This document shows, piece by piece, positions 38,727 to 49,432 of a stretch of DNA of 64,000 bases. Made by a program: the position numbers and the translations under genes. Position 1 is the stretch's first letter; the number at the start of each line of letters is the position of its first letter. Source of the stretch: an uncultured Chlamydiae bacterium (GTDB taxonomy: Bacteria; Chlamydiota; Chlamydiia; Chlamydiales; JAJFMA01); the NCBI GenBank assembly GCA_963713615.1, contig CAVQMM010000001.1:192001-256000 (forward strand). Direction: 5' to 3'. Below the pieces are notes generated by a model. That model was not told the DNA's origin. It searched no databases and saw nothing but the letters and a program-made list of their open reading frames with translations.

Positions 38727-39449
38727 TTATACAATCTGCATTTTCCAGAGGCTGATGATGCTGAGGGCTGCCAAAGGGGCAGTATCGGTGCGAAGAATAT
38801 GGGGATGTATGCGAACTCCTTGAGCGCCGAGTTTGCGCAAATGGTCAGTTTCATCAGATGTGAAGCCAGCTTCAGGGCCTACGAAGAAGAGAAGGCTGCC
38901 TTCTGATACTTGCTTAGAATAGATAAGAAACGAAGGTGCCCCTTCAGCGAGATCTCCAAAGAAGGCGGGATAGGGAAGATGATCCCAGCGCTGCAGGGGT
39001 GGTTTTAGCACCAGCGTGGGTAGGTGTAGACTTCCACATTGCTTGAGGGCGCTGACCATCTGCGTATGGATACGTTGTTGCTGCTGTTCGGACAGCTCTT
39101 TTTTTTCGCTTCTTTGTCCTGGAAAGAGCCATAGCTGTGTCATGCCCAGTTCTGTACCCTTTTCTACAATGGTATCCAGTCTATTTAAGCGTGGCATAGC
39201 CTGCGCTAAGATAACTTCAGTGGATTGTGGAGGCTGACTATGCACTTGTATAATATTGAGGAGGGTATGGCGCTTTTGGATTTCGCTGACCTGTGCTTGA
39301 GCCAGCTGACCCTTTCCATTGACAACCTCGACGACCTCGCCAACCTGCACACGCATCACACGGGTTAGATGGTGACTTTCCTCTTCGGACAGACGTATTG
39401 ACGCACTAGCTTGGAGGGGAACAGGCGCGAAAAAGCGGTCGTTAGGCAT
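38727..39449 (-). CDS. rsmE: 16S rRNA m3U1498 methyltransferase
   Basis: HHLTRVMR, EKGTELG, VGPEAGF, ILRTDTA. Confidence 0.92.
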   Translation of the reverse strand: MPNDRFFAPVPLQASASIRLSEEESHHLTRVMRVQVGEVVEVVNGKGQLAQAQVSEIQKRHTLLNIIQVHSQPPQSTEVILAQAMPRLNRLDTIVEKGTELGMTQLWLFPGQRSEKKELSEQQQQRIHTQMVSALKQCGSLHLPTLVLKPPLQRWDHLPYPAFFGDLAEGAPSFLIYSKQVSEGSLLFFVGPEAGFTSDETDHLRKLGAQGVRIHPHILRTDTAPLAALSIISLWKMQIV

Positions 39450-39455
39450 AGTATT

Positions 39456-40592
39456 TTAAACCGATGCTATAGTTTGAGAGACAATGGTGTGTAGTTGAGT
39501 TGCGAAGTCATAGTTTTGAGCGATGGCTCTGATAGCTGCTGAGCTCTGAGGCGTTTTGGGATGCTGCAGAGCCTGTTCTAAAGCAACGAGCATGGAGTCG
39601 ACTTTAGTGACATCCTCGATGATCATGCCGCATTTGGATGTGAGGATTTCGTGACCTCCATTATCTTTTGACGAGAGGACAAACAGGCCCATCGCGAGAG
39701 CTTCAACGGTAACATTGGCGAATGGGTCATAGGTCGATGGAATAGCTAGGGCATCAGCAGCCTGGTAGAAGCTAATGACATCATGCCGAGGGCCAAAGAA
39801 CTTCACTGTATTGCCCAATTGCAGACTGTCTGCCAGCTGTTGAAACATTGGGGTTTCCTTGTCCTTACCAACGATGGACAACTGTATATCACGTTTACCA
39901 CGAGCTGCTAGGGCTTCGATAAGGTAGTGCAGACCTTTGCGTCTGAAACCATGACCGACGAATAGGAGTTGGAAGCAGCCGGGGTCCAATCCCAGAGCAG
40001 TAAGAATGGAAGAACGCAGATAGGACCAGTCGTTGAATGGCTGTTGCCACTCGAGCCATTCTACGCCATTATGAACGACGGCGAGTTTTTTTTGGTCGAT
40101 ATCATAGTAGGAGGCCACTTCACGTTTAACCATATGGCTGTTGGTAAAGAGTATTTGCAGCGCTGGATGCTGGTAGGCTAAGCGTTCATAGTGCAAGATG
40201 GTGCGGTGTAGGGGATTGATGGAGAAAGAGAAGCTTTTTGCCCATCCATCGGCCTTTCGGCGTCTATCAAGATAGGCGGCATGCACACCGTTTCCTGCGC
40301 GAAAGTGTGTTTGGAAGGTGGTGCGGTCGGTACCGAAAACGACATCGTGAGGGTGGCTATCCAGCCATTCATTGCACCAGCGATTGAACATGACCACATT
40401 AGCTAGGCTTAGCCTATAGGGGCTACCAAGGCTGACAAATTGAACCGAAGAATTGGCGCTTTCAGGGATGGGCCCCGTGGTCAATAGGGTGACAATATGA
40501 CCACAGCTCGCAAAGGCGTCTGCCAAACGACGGACGTACTTTTCCAGTCCGCCTTGTCGCGCTATTTTGTCCTTGAGCAGGACTATTTTCAT
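39456..40592 (-). CDS. GT4 family glycosyltransferase
   Basis: GGLEKY, RKGL, YDPFANVTVEALAMG. Confidence 0.88.
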   Translation of the reverse strand: MKIVLLKDKIARQGGLEKYVRRLADAFASCGHIVTLLTTGPIPESANSSVQFVSLGSPYRLSLANVVMFNRWCNEWLDSHPHDVVFGTDRTTFQTHFRAGNGVHAAYLDRRRKADGWAKSFSFSINPLHRTILHYERLAYQHPALQILFTNSHMVKREVASYYDIDQKKLAVVHNGVEWLEWQQPFNDWSYLRSSILTALGLDPGCFQLLFVGHGFRRKGLHYLIEALAARGKRDIQLSIVGKDKETPMFQQLADSLQLGNTVKFFGPRHDVISFYQAADALAIPSTYDPFANVTVEALAMGLFVLSSKDNGGHEILTSKCGMIIEDVTKVDSMLVALEQALQHPKTPQSSAAIRAIAQNYDFATQLHTIVSQTIASV

Positions 40593-40593
40593 G

Positions 40594-41835
40594 CTAGAAA
40601 GTCCCGGAGACATCTTTTGCTGTAATAGAACCATCCTGCAGCTTTGCTTCCAGGACTAGACGTTGACTTTTGTCTTTATAGATTTCCAGGGTTTGCATGT
40701 ACTCGCGAAAGCGTCGGCGTAGGCGCCCTTCGCGCTTTTGTATATTCGTATATTCTACCCTGTCAGACATCAATAGAGCGACGAAGGTATCTTCCAGTTC
40801 ACGTTCGTTGATGATTTCGACGCTCCACTGGAGGTATTCGCGCTCTTCGGGCGGTGCGGCGACGATGACCATTTCGAGGTTGTTTTTGACAATGTCCAGG
40901 AAGAGGCGGCTGACCTCTGCGGCGTAGAGGGGGATTCCGATATATTTTATGCCGAATGTTTCTTTGACTAGATCATTGGTGGCTAAGGATTGAGTTTGCG
41001 GATTGATCTTGTTTGCGAATTCGACGGGATAAAAAACTCTAAGGGGTACTTCAGAGGAGATTGCCAGGATTTCCTTGCGCAAAAATGTGATGTGGAGCTC
41101 TTTGGCGCGAGGATCGTTGATGAGTTCGGGCATCTCACTTTCAAAAGGCACGACGATTGTTTTCCAGCGATCTGGAACAGGGAAGTTGACCTCATCATTG
41201 CGGAAGGAGACTTCAGAGCCTTTGAGCTGGTCCAGCTGTGCTTTGGTGACTTCATTGAGATCGAAGACAAGTTGAAAACCATGTTCTTGAAGCGCACGAA
41301 CAAGTTCTTCAGGGCCTGTAACTGTGTGGTAGAGCGTCTGTGGAGAGATATCGAGAAACTGATACCCTTCCGGTGCTGACCCGTGAGGTGGGGCTATCTG
41401 AACTGGGATCTTCTCGGTGATCAAACGACTCATTTTGATCACGAATTCATTATTTGAGACTGTGCTGATGTGGTGGAGAAGATCGACTTCTGGGTCCAGA
41501 CTAACGAGGTTTTTCTTAGTCACCTGAAGGATCCATTCGTCAGGGAGAGTGGAAGCATCGATGAGGATTTCCAGATCACTGGACTCTAGGTTGTCAATAA
41601 TGTCTTTTGTTCCGGTAACGGTGAGGGTGGCCCGCTTGTTCAGAAGGCCGTTAGGAAGCAGACCTTGCACCGTTCTATCGCTGGGGAGGTTGACGAGGCG
41701 AATAGGCACATTGATGAGCGTTTTTGTTTCGATGATACTCTGATGAACGAATAGCCAAACAGCGATAGCGCCTACAAGAGCTGCCAGCTTGCGTTTCCAG
41801 TCGTGAAGGAAGAAGCGAGAAATTATGTTGTCCAT
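40594..41835 (-). CDS. ybbR: YbbR/CdaR-like regulator of diadenylate cyclase
   Basis: Single N-terminal TM then a beta-rich repeat region; directly downstream of dacA. Confidence 0.75.
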   Translation of the reverse strand: MDNIISRFFLHDWKRKLAALVGAIAVWLFVHQSIIETKTLINVPIRLVNLPSDRTVQGLLPNGLLNKRATLTVTGTKDIIDNLESSDLEILIDASTLPDEWILQVTKKNLVSLDPEVDLLHHISTVSNNEFVIKMSRLITEKIPVQIAPPHGSAPEGYQFLDISPQTLYHTVTGPEELVRALQEHGFQLVFDLNEVTKAQLDQLKGSEVSFRNDEVNFPVPDRWKTIVVPFESEMPELINDPRAKELHITFLRKEILAISSEVPLRVFYPVEFANKINPQTQSLATNDLVKETFGIKYIGIPLYAAEVSRLFLDIVKNNLEMVIVAAPPEEREYLQWSVEIINERELEDTFVALLMSDRVEYTNIQKREGRLRRRFREYMQTLEIYKDKSQRLVLEAKLQDGSITAKDVSGTF

Positions 41836-42626
41836 TTCTTAAGCCAATCAAGCGTGCCGGAGGTCGTTGTGGGGGCGAGTTTTGGTGGAGTAAAGATACT
41901 GCGTACGATGCCTTTAAAACGATCCATTTTGACACCGCGGGTGATGATGCCCTCTCTGGCGATGGATACCTTACCAGTCTCTTCCGATACGACGATGATT
42001 AGAGAATCGGTGAGCTCGCTGATACCTAAGCCTGCACGATGACGGGTACCCATAGATTTAGAGAGTTGGGCATTCTCATCGGCCAAGGGGAGGATCGTGG
42101 CTGCCGACAGGATAGTATTTCCTCGGATGATGATAGCACCATCGTGAAGGGGGGTGTTGGTGCTAAAGATGGACTCAAGCAGTTCCGAGGAAAACTCAGC
42201 GTTGAGGAGCACTGCCTTGTTAGCATATTCGTCGAGACCGTCTTGGTTTTCAAGGACAACTAAGGCGCCCACGTGCTTTTCAGCCATACGATAGATGGAT
42301 TGGGCAAGACTATCCAAAAAGCGGTCAAATTCGGTGATTTCCTTGAATTTTTTGCCTTTGACGCTAAGCTTAGCAAGGGCGAGGCGTAGCTCTGGCTGGA
42401 AGATCACCAGTAGGGCTATAACGGCGACATTACCAACGAAGAGGACCATGCGCTGCAGGACGGGTAGGTGGAGCCAGTTAACGGCCGCCAAAACGAGCAG
42501 GAGAGCTCCAAGGCCGAGCACGAGGTCCATTGCTCGTGTATTCCAAAAAAAAGACAACAGGTAGTAGAGCATCACTGCAATGATGCTTATCTCCAAGCCT
42601 GGAACCAATAAGTGGAACACTTTCAT
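41823..42626 (-). CDS. dacA: Diadenylate cyclase
   Basis: Three TM helices; FQPELR, PLHDGA, GTRHRA, VSEETG. Confidence 0.95.
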   Translation of the reverse strand: MKVFHLLVPGLEISIIAVMLYYLLSFFWNTRAMDLVLGLGALLLVLAAVNWLHLPVLQRMVLFVGNVAVIALLVIFQPELRLALAKLSVKGKKFKEITEFDRFLDSLAQSIYRMAEKHVGALVVLENQDGLDEYANKAVLLNAEFSSELLESIFSTNTPLHDGAIIIRGNTILSAATILPLADENAQLSKSMGTRHRAGLGISELTDSLIIVVSEETGKVSIAREGIITRGVKMDRFKGIVRSIFTPPKLAPTTTSGTLDWLKKWTT

Positions 42627-42668
42627 GGCTTCTAACGGCTAGCCGAAAACGGCAGACTCCTCGTGGGT

Positions 42669-43481
42669 TTAGTGACAGCAGCAATTCGAGCATTTAAAAT
42701 GGCCCAGGACCTCGCGGCACATACGGTGCTCGAGGACGTCGTGGACTCGTAATATATCGACCTCTTCCATCATCAACAGCGTGTTTACCGCAATAGTCGT
42801 TGGTAGTAGTTCATCGCGGTCTCGTCCAGTTATCTTGCGCATAAAATCCTTGCGAGATGTTCCTACAAGCAGGGGGAACCCGAGTGCTTGCAGCTCCGCC
42901 AGATTCTGTAAAATTTCTATATTATGAGCAACGGTTTTTCCAAAACCTATACCGGGATCAAGGATAATATTTTCTTCCTTGACGCCCTCATGGATGAGTA
43001 AATCGATGCGCTCCTCGAACCAATTAAGTAGATGAACAACAACTCCCTCCGGATAGTGAGGATTTGCCTGCATCGTCCTTGGGGTTCCTTGCATATGAAC
43101 GACGCATACATACACGCCCGTGTTGGCTGCGACCTGGCGCATTGCGGGATCTGCAAAGCCTGTAACATCATTAATCAGACTAGCCCCAGCTGCGACGGCC
43201 TGCTCAGCAACTGCCGCTTTCATTGTATCGATAGAGATGGGGATCGGTAGATGTGGGCGTAGCCCTTCAATGACTGGGATCACACGGCGCAGTTCTTCCT
43301 CTTCACTAACAGGATCCGCTCCAGGACGGGTGGATTCACCGCCGATGTCAAGGAGATCAGCACCATCTTCGTAAAGCTTGAATCCATGCCCAATAGCCTG
43401 CTCTTGTTGGAGGTAGCGCCCCCCATCGTAGCAGGAGTCCGAGGTGACGTTCAGTATACCCATGATTTTGGTGTGTAACAT
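42669..43481 (-). CDS. folP: Dihydropteroate synthase
   Basis: MGILNVTSDS, DIGGESTRPG, DPGIGFGK, SRK, RVHDV. Confidence 0.95.
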   Translation of the reverse strand: MLHTKIMGILNVTSDSCYDGGRYLQQEQAIGHGFKLYEDGADLLDIGGESTRPGADPVSEEEELRRVIPVIEGLRPHLPIPISIDTMKAAVAEQAVAAGASLINDVTGFADPAMRQVAANTGVYVCVVHMQGTPRTMQANPHYPEGVVVHLLNWFEERIDLLIHEGVKEENIILDPGIGFGKTVAHNIEILQNLAELQALGFPLLVGTSRKDFMRKITGRDRDELLPTTIAVNTLLMMEEVDILRVHDVLEHRMCREVLGHFKCSNCCCH

Positions 43482-43584
43482 GTTGGACTTTCCTATGTGG
43501 GAATAGAAGGTTGTACGCGACAGCTTACAGAGATGCGCGTTTTTTTTCCAAGAAGAGATGATCATAAACTGCGAATCTTTATTG

Positions 43585-43744
43585 GGCCTTGTTCACCTTT
43601 ACGGTCAGAATTTCGGTCGGACGAAAAAGGTCGGATGTCGTGGTTTGTGACGAGGGCATAGCGCCAGCTATGTCCGAGGAGCAAAACGCGACAGACGATC
43701 CTTTTGCAGTCGACCGAAAACTGACCGCAAAGGTGAATAAGGCC
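43585..43744 (-). mobile_element. 160-bp MITE, copy 3 (reverse orientation)
   Basis: TSD CTTTATTG (43577-43584/43745-43752). Confidence 0.92.
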
Positions 43745-43934
43745 CTTTATTGATTATGCGGGCTTGATCACCCTTCTGCCTAGACGAAAAAGGTCCGCAT
43801 AAGGGAATAATCTCAATTGTGCATTATAAAATCTGATCCTTTTACAGGTGAATTAAATTGATACACAAATATTTTTGTGCAAAATACTTTATTAAGGTGC
43901 TATAATAAAACTAAAATGGAAGTAATGTTTTATA

Positions 43935-46900
43935 TTGAAAAGATGGTGTGTTATGGAAATGGATGCTGCTAGATCAGAGCCTATAAAGGAGAAACCACAA
44001 TCTTTTAGTGTAAAAATTCGCAATGCTGTGAGGGGTAAATCAGCACCGGCGATCGACAAGGCTGAACGTGACCGAATAAAGGTTGAAATCGTTGCCAAAA
44101 AAGCTGAATTAAAAGAGTTAAAGCAACATGCTGAGGTCTTAAAGCATCGAATTCATGGGAAACATGATCAGGGTGACAAGACTGTTTTACAGGTTGCTGG
44201 ACGACAATTTAAGTTTACTAAGAAGAAAGAGCTTCCCATATCAGAACGCATGAATGCGGCGATGTTATTGAAGGATCTCAAAAATAGCATACAAGCCAAG
44301 AAAAATGAGATTAAGGATCTAGAAAAACCGTTAGAGGGAACGGCTTCAAAGGTTGTTAAAGGCGGCTTTGGGATCGTCCCTAGGGTATTTGGCTTCCTTA
44401 CCAAGCATGGTGTTGAGGGGCGAATTGTCAATCCTAGTTCGGGTATTACAACGCTTGGGGATCCTCTTACTTACTATATTATCCTCATGGACCATGTGTG
44501 GTCGAGTATTTGGGTAAAGAGAACAGGCCAAAATATCCTTCAAGTAAAGACGCTGAACGCTATGATAGGCAAAGCTGAGGTGCGTTTAGACGAGCTGAAG
44601 ACGCAGATAGACCACGGTCGGGGCAGTCCAGATCAGCTAGAGGCTTTAGAGGAAGAGCATAGAAATCTAGAGCGTGCGGTGAAGGTCTTCAAGGAGGAGG
44701 TGGATCGCCTTCCGGTGGCCGAAAGCCTTCAGCAAGTCCTGGGTGAGTCGGTAAAAATTCTGTGGTCCTATGCTAGGATTGTCCAAGGCCTTTGTTATGT
44801 CCTACCTCTGTTCATTAATACTTCGTTGGCAGTGGGTTCGGCTCTTTCAAATACGATCACCATTGCTGCGGTGGCAACTATTCCGATATCGGTATTTTTG
44901 TCTGTGAGGGGAATTAGTCAATCCATCAAGAATTTGGCTAATTGCCATAAAGATCGACAATTTACTTCTGGCCTAAAGAATAATGAAATTGGGGCCATGC
45001 GTGCCAAGGCAAGTGGTTTTGAGGACATTTTGTCCATGGCAGAGCTAACCGACCCGGCCTCTAGAGCGCGCAATGACACGGCGATCAATTATTTAGAGCA
45101 GGCCAATCGTCAAGTCGCTGCGGCGCAAGAGCGAATGACGAAAATAGACGACGATCTTCTCAATGCGCGCATTGAGGGCAAAGAAACCATTGCTGCTGTC
45201 AAGGAGGAGCGCAAAAAACTTCAGGCTGACATCGATTCTATTCACAAGGGAATGGTGGATAACATCGGAAGGCTTGCGGAGCAACCGGGTGCTGATAGGG
45301 CAACATTAGGTTTGATTAGCGATAAGCTAGTGGCGAAGAGGATTTTGTTAACCAACGCCACTTCCCTTGAGCAGACAATGGTTCCCTATTTACAACAAAA
45401 ACTTAGAACGAAAGTGGCGATGAATTTAATCCACCTCACAGCTGAAGGAATTAGTGTCGTAGGATCCACCTTAGTGGTCAGTGGGTTGATTCTTACCCCG
45501 GTTCATGGCATTGGCATTCCTCTAGTTACCGCTGGAGCGGGCCTGGCTTTTGTGAGGTTAGGCGTTCAATTCGGCGCGGCCTTCCTGGTTAAGCGTATCA
45601 TGTTGATGCAGATGGGTAAGGACCGCATTCCCACAAAAGAGTTCGATGTTGAATTTAGGGAAAGAATTATCGATGAAGCCAAGAATTGGGATGCTCTCGA
45701 AAGGGCGGGTGCCACAGAAAATACTACCGCATCGCTTATGTTTAATATGTTGAAAAAGCATTACGTTTCTATCCCATCCACTTGGGGACCGAAGGAATGG
45801 GCTCAAGCCTTAGCTAATTCCCCTCCAGGAAGCAAGGAATGGGAACATTATGATGAAGCATTAACAGCAATGCGAAATCGATCAGAAGCGCGTTTCTTAG
45901 GGGAATCCGTATCCAACTGGGTTGCTAACAAGATGAAGGCTAATCTTGGCGTGAAAAAGACCACCAAGGTTGGTTATGTGGAATCAGTTGTTTCCAGGTC
46001 TGAGGATAATAAATATGAATTGACACCCCATCCCAATGACACATCAGGTGCTTCTAAGGTTATATTTAACACCAGCAAAAAAATCGATGCGAAGACTAGC
46101 CATGATCTGCTGAAGGCGATTAGTGACTCCGGAAAAAATGTTGAAGACTTAATGGCCGACAAGAAGAAAATCATTGTTGAGGTCAAGACAGGGGGCGAGG
46201 TTCAAAAATTCGAGATTAGGAAGGCAAAGCCAAAAACTGGCATCGCTAACGTAGTGATGAAGGATTTTATTCGTTCTACAAAAATCAGTGGAGCGCTTGA
46301 GGTAGAGGTTAAAGTTGCCAGTCCCAACGCTAAGAGTGATCTGGTTTTGAATATAGCTCCTCCGGAGGTGATAGAGCAGTCACATGTAGGACCCCGATCT
46401 CGTGGTGAGCTGTTTGATACTATTCTAGAAGATGGGTTATTCAAAGACCCTTATACAGAGCTGAGCAGTAAAGCGATGCAGCAGCTGGAGGGCAATTTTT
46501 CGCAGAAGGATCTCAGCGCAAAGCAACTTGCAGCACTTCCAGAATACTGCTTAGTGAAGGTAGGGGATAACTTGGCTATCGCTAAGGTCAAGGAGATCCC
46601 CGCCAATGCGGCTCCAAATCGTGAGGTCGTTGAAGCATACCGGCAGCAGTTGGTGTCGACATATGGAGAAAGTAAAGTTCGGTACATTGAACACCTTTAC
46701 GACATCAATTTGACTGACATGGCGACGAACGGTAGCCCCTTGCTTACCGAGGTCGTTTACAGGATGAACATAGGTGTCGGAAACCTAGAAATTCAAGACA
46801 TCAACGAGCTTGCCACAGGAATTGCGGCACTTACTCGACAAGGTCCTGATCAGAGGCCTTCCAACGTGCCGCTCAAGACCCTTGCTCTGGAGGAGTCTGG

Positions 46901-49034
46901 ACTTCCCTTGCAGGCTTGGCGCGGTATCATGAATCATTTTCAGGAACAGGGCAATGCTAATCCCACCTTGGGGGATCTGCGACAGTGGGCAGCTGCTACG
47001 GGATTCGCGAATAGGGGTACTTCGGAATTAAGTCCTCAGGCATTTGCTGAAGCAACCAAGATTCTAAGCTTTTCTCCTGCAGAGAGGGAGGAACAGTATA
47101 CGGGCAGAAAGATCCTTCACTATATCCACAGCGCCTATAGTGTAGCGGGCGTAACTGTCTACAAACCTTGGGTTGATCAGCAGGAGTTGTTGCAGGCCTT
47201 TGGCGATATCGATAGTTACTATAAGAACTACGATCTAAAGAAAAACCCTAATTTGCCAGATCCTATGGAATACTACACTGAGGTCTTAGCGCAGGTTATC
47301 TGTAAAAAGCACTTAGTGCGTTCTCATCCCACAGAAAATTATCGTGTTGGAGCGCTCATTCCTGCACCTCCTGATTTAAAAACCGGCCAGCCACGCTGGT
47401 ATGTGGTGGCTGGAGCCTATAACAACGGTCATGGCAACTTTAATTATGTGTTGGAGCCTGCTTGCAATGACCCAAGCCTGCCAGCCATCAAACTGTGTAG
47501 AAGTACTGCTAGTGATCCCTATGCGCTGGATGGCGGTGCTTCGATTAGAAGTGATATTAATCCTTTAAATGCTCCCGGGTATTTGGGACGCGACTTATTA
47601 GATTCTTATGAAGAACAGTTTTTCAAGGATCGCACCATACCCTTATGGAGTGCTTACAGTGAGAATGCCGCCAACCTGTTGCATCAGATAAATCCAGCAA
47701 ACCCCGATGTCAATAACGTGAAGCAGGTTTTTGCTGAGCTCAATCATGCAAACCACTATTTGGAGCAGTCCATGGTACCCCCGCGTCGAACACTCATGGA
47801 CGTGGTCAGCCACAATGATTATGCTCTCATGGAGCTTGCCAAGGAAGCTTATCGATTCCGCAGTCCGGTAGATGCTGATAATCTGAAATTGCTATTCAAG
47901 TACGATTCCACAAAGGCAAAAGACATCAGCCTCGATCAGCAGGTATCTGACGCCCGGAAGATGAAAGTTGCGGTTGAAAAACTATTAGAGTCTAATATCT
48001 CGCCTCAGAAAAAACAGATGTGTACCTCCATTCTGGCGGACCTTGAGCGGGTGATAAATCCACCGGTTGCTGATCAGCCAGCACTGATAGCACAACTTAA
48101 GGAGATCGAAGGGGCGGCTCTAAGAGCATTATCGGACACTCCTCCAAGGACTGCAGAGGCCCTAGCTTCAATAACCCAATGGCAAAATATCATCGAGACC
48201 CACGCAAGGGATACTGGTGAGAATAGCGCCAGCAAGAAAAAGCAAGATGTGTTGTATGTTGGGCATAGCTTAGGAGGCGCCCTAGCCCAAAGATATATGG
48301 CAGAGCAAACATTGTTGAAAGACCGCCTTCCAGTGGCTGGATCTCACACTACTTTGTATGCCTTCGATGCCCCTGGCATCAATGAGGTAGACAACCGTTC
48401 TTATATGAGCAAGGGGAGAGAAAATGCTGAGCTAATCAAGCAGATGAATGTCGAGCCTAAGGTCATTCAGCGTTATGAGGGCGGTGACTTCATCCCTGGA
48501 GCCGGTGGTGGAGAGCATCTTGGCACAGTAAGTTCGGAAAGAGAACTCCGCGAGGCTGGGCAATGGCTACTCTTTGATGCCTCGGTGAGCACTCCTCTGG
48601 AAGAAGTAAGCAATCCCATTATCGGTAAGAGCGAGTCGGCCCATGCAACGCAATTTGCCTCTGGCATGAAGGAGGGAAGGAGAGTCGGTGGTGTCAGTGT
48701 TCCGGCTGATTTTAAGAGAGTCTGGATGGATGGATTGCAACAGCATGATTTAGACCACCAAAAAGTCAGAAAATATCGTAAGCTCGATCGAACATTTAGT
48801 CTCGGAATGGTGACCACTAAGGTGATTGGAGGGGTTCTCCTCGGAATGGGAAAAAGAATAGTCACCCACCCTACACTTTTTGGACGGGTGAAGAGTTTCA
48901 GAGGACCTGAGGAGCTAGAACACGGGCTACACCGCGAGTGGTGGAGATTGACAGATGAACGCGGAGCCTTTGCTGTCAATTTAGAAGGCATTCAAAGCGC
49001 TCCCCAGAATGAAGACCACCCCCTTGCTGCATGA
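43935..49034 (+). CDS. Large multidomain protein: coiled coils, hydrophobic segments, C-terminal lipase-like alpha/beta hydrolase
   Basis: 1699-aa ORF; YVGHSLGGALAQ nucleophile motif, FDAPG, GDFIP. Confidence 0.75.
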   Translation: MKRWCVMEMDAARSEPIKEKPQSFSVKIRNAVRGKSAPAIDKAERDRIKVEIVAKKAELKELKQHAEVLKHRIHGKHDQGDKTVLQVAGRQFKFTKKKELPISERMNAAMLLKDLKNSIQAKKNEIKDLEKPLEGTASKVVKGGFGIVPRVFGFLTKHGVEGRIVNPSSGITTLGDPLTYYIILMDHVWSSIWVKRTGQNILQVKTLNAMIGKAEVRLDELKTQIDHGRGSPDQLEALEEEHRNLERAVKVFKEEVDRLPVAESLQQVLGESVKILWSYARIVQGLCYVLPLFINTSLAVGSALSNTITIAAVATIPISVFLSVRGISQSIKNLANCHKDRQFTSGLKNNEIGAMRAKASGFEDILSMAELTDPASRARNDTAINYLEQANRQVAAAQERMTKIDDDLLNARIEGKETIAAVKEERKKLQADIDSIHKGMVDNIGRLAEQPGADRATLGLISDKLVAKRILLTNATSLEQTMVPYLQQKLRTKVAMNLIHLTAEGISVVGSTLVVSGLILTPVHGIGIPLVTAGAGLAFVRLGVQFGAAFLVKRIMLMQMGKDRIPTKEFDVEFRERIIDEAKNWDALERAGATENTTASLMFNMLKKHYVSIPSTWGPKEWAQALANSPPGSKEWEHYDEALTAMRNRSEARFLGESVSNWVANKMKANLGVKKTTKVGYVESVVSRSEDNKYELTPHPNDTSGASKVIFNTSKKIDAKTSHDLLKAISDSGKNVEDLMADKKKIIVEVKTGGEVQKFEIRKAKPKTGIANVVMKDFIRSTKISGALEVEVKVASPNAKSDLVLNIAPPEVIEQSHVGPRSRGELFDTILEDGLFKDPYTELSSKAMQQLEGNFSQKDLSAKQLAALPEYCLVKVGDNLAIAKVKEIPANAAPNREVVEAYRQQLVSTYGESKVRYIEHLYDINLTDMATNGSPLLTEVVYRMNIGVGNLEIQDINELATGIAALTRQGPDQRPSNVPLKTLALEESGLPLQAWRGIMNHFQEQGNANPTLGDLRQWAAATGFANRGTSELSPQAFAEATKILSFSPAEREEQYTGRKILHYIHSAYSVAGVTVYKPWVDQQELLQAFGDIDSYYKNYDLKKNPNLPDPMEYYTEVLAQVICKKHLVRSHPTENYRVGALIPAPPDLKTGQPRWYVVAGAYNNGHGNFNYVLEPACNDPSLPAIKLCRSTASDPYALDGGASIRSDINPLNAPGYLGRDLLDSYEEQFFKDRTIPLWSAYSENAANLLHQINPANPDVNNVKQVFAELNHANHYLEQSMVPPRRTLMDVVSHNDYALMELAKEAYRFRSPVDADNLKLLFKYDSTKAKDISLDQQVSDARKMKVAVEKLLESNISPQKKQMCTSILADLERVINPPVADQPALIAQLKEIEGAALRALSDTPPRTAEALASITQWQNIIETHARDTGENSASKKKQDVLYVGHSLGGALAQRYMAEQTLLKDRLPVAGSHTTLYAFDAPGINEVDNRSYMSKGRENAELIKQMNVEPKVIQRYEGGDFIPGAGGGEHLGTVSSERELREAGQWLLFDASVSTPLEEVSNPIIGKSESAHATQFASGMKEGRRVGGVSVPADFKRVWMDGLQQHDLDHQKVRKYRKLDRTFSLGMVTTKVIGGVLLGMGKRIVTHPTLFGRVKSFRGPEELEHGLHREWWRLTDERGAFAVNLEGIQSAPQNEDHPLAA

Positions 49035-49039
49035 TCATA

Positions 49040-49330
49040 CCCATCTTCTTTATAATCATAGAGTTAACTCTATTTTAAAAAAATAATGAGATTGAATTGG
49101 AATAGATCGCGTCAAATCCTCTCTATTCCTACCCCTTTCCACTTTAAGTGCATTGTCAGCCCTATTTGCTTTTAGAAGGTGTGCGTGATCCTGCCTATCC
49201 TGCCGCGAAGCGATCCTGCATATCCTGTTAAAGTCCATTTTAGACGTATCTACAACATTTATCCTGTATTCAATAAATTGATATTTAACATCACATGGAT
49301 TGATTTTCTGTGTTAGGTTGATGCGTATGG
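49040..49330. repeat. ATCCTGC-family repeat, longest copy
   Basis: 49097-49283 matches 14380-14567; 49040-49121 is the reverse complement of 29259-29341. Confidence 0.82.
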
Positions 49331-49432
49331 GTCCTTTCCTATCCGGTAACTTGTTGCTTATATTTTTCCTTTACAAAGTAGGCGCGGTAGCGTGTAATTA
49401 ATCCCTTTGAAATCTGCGACACAAGGGCATTA

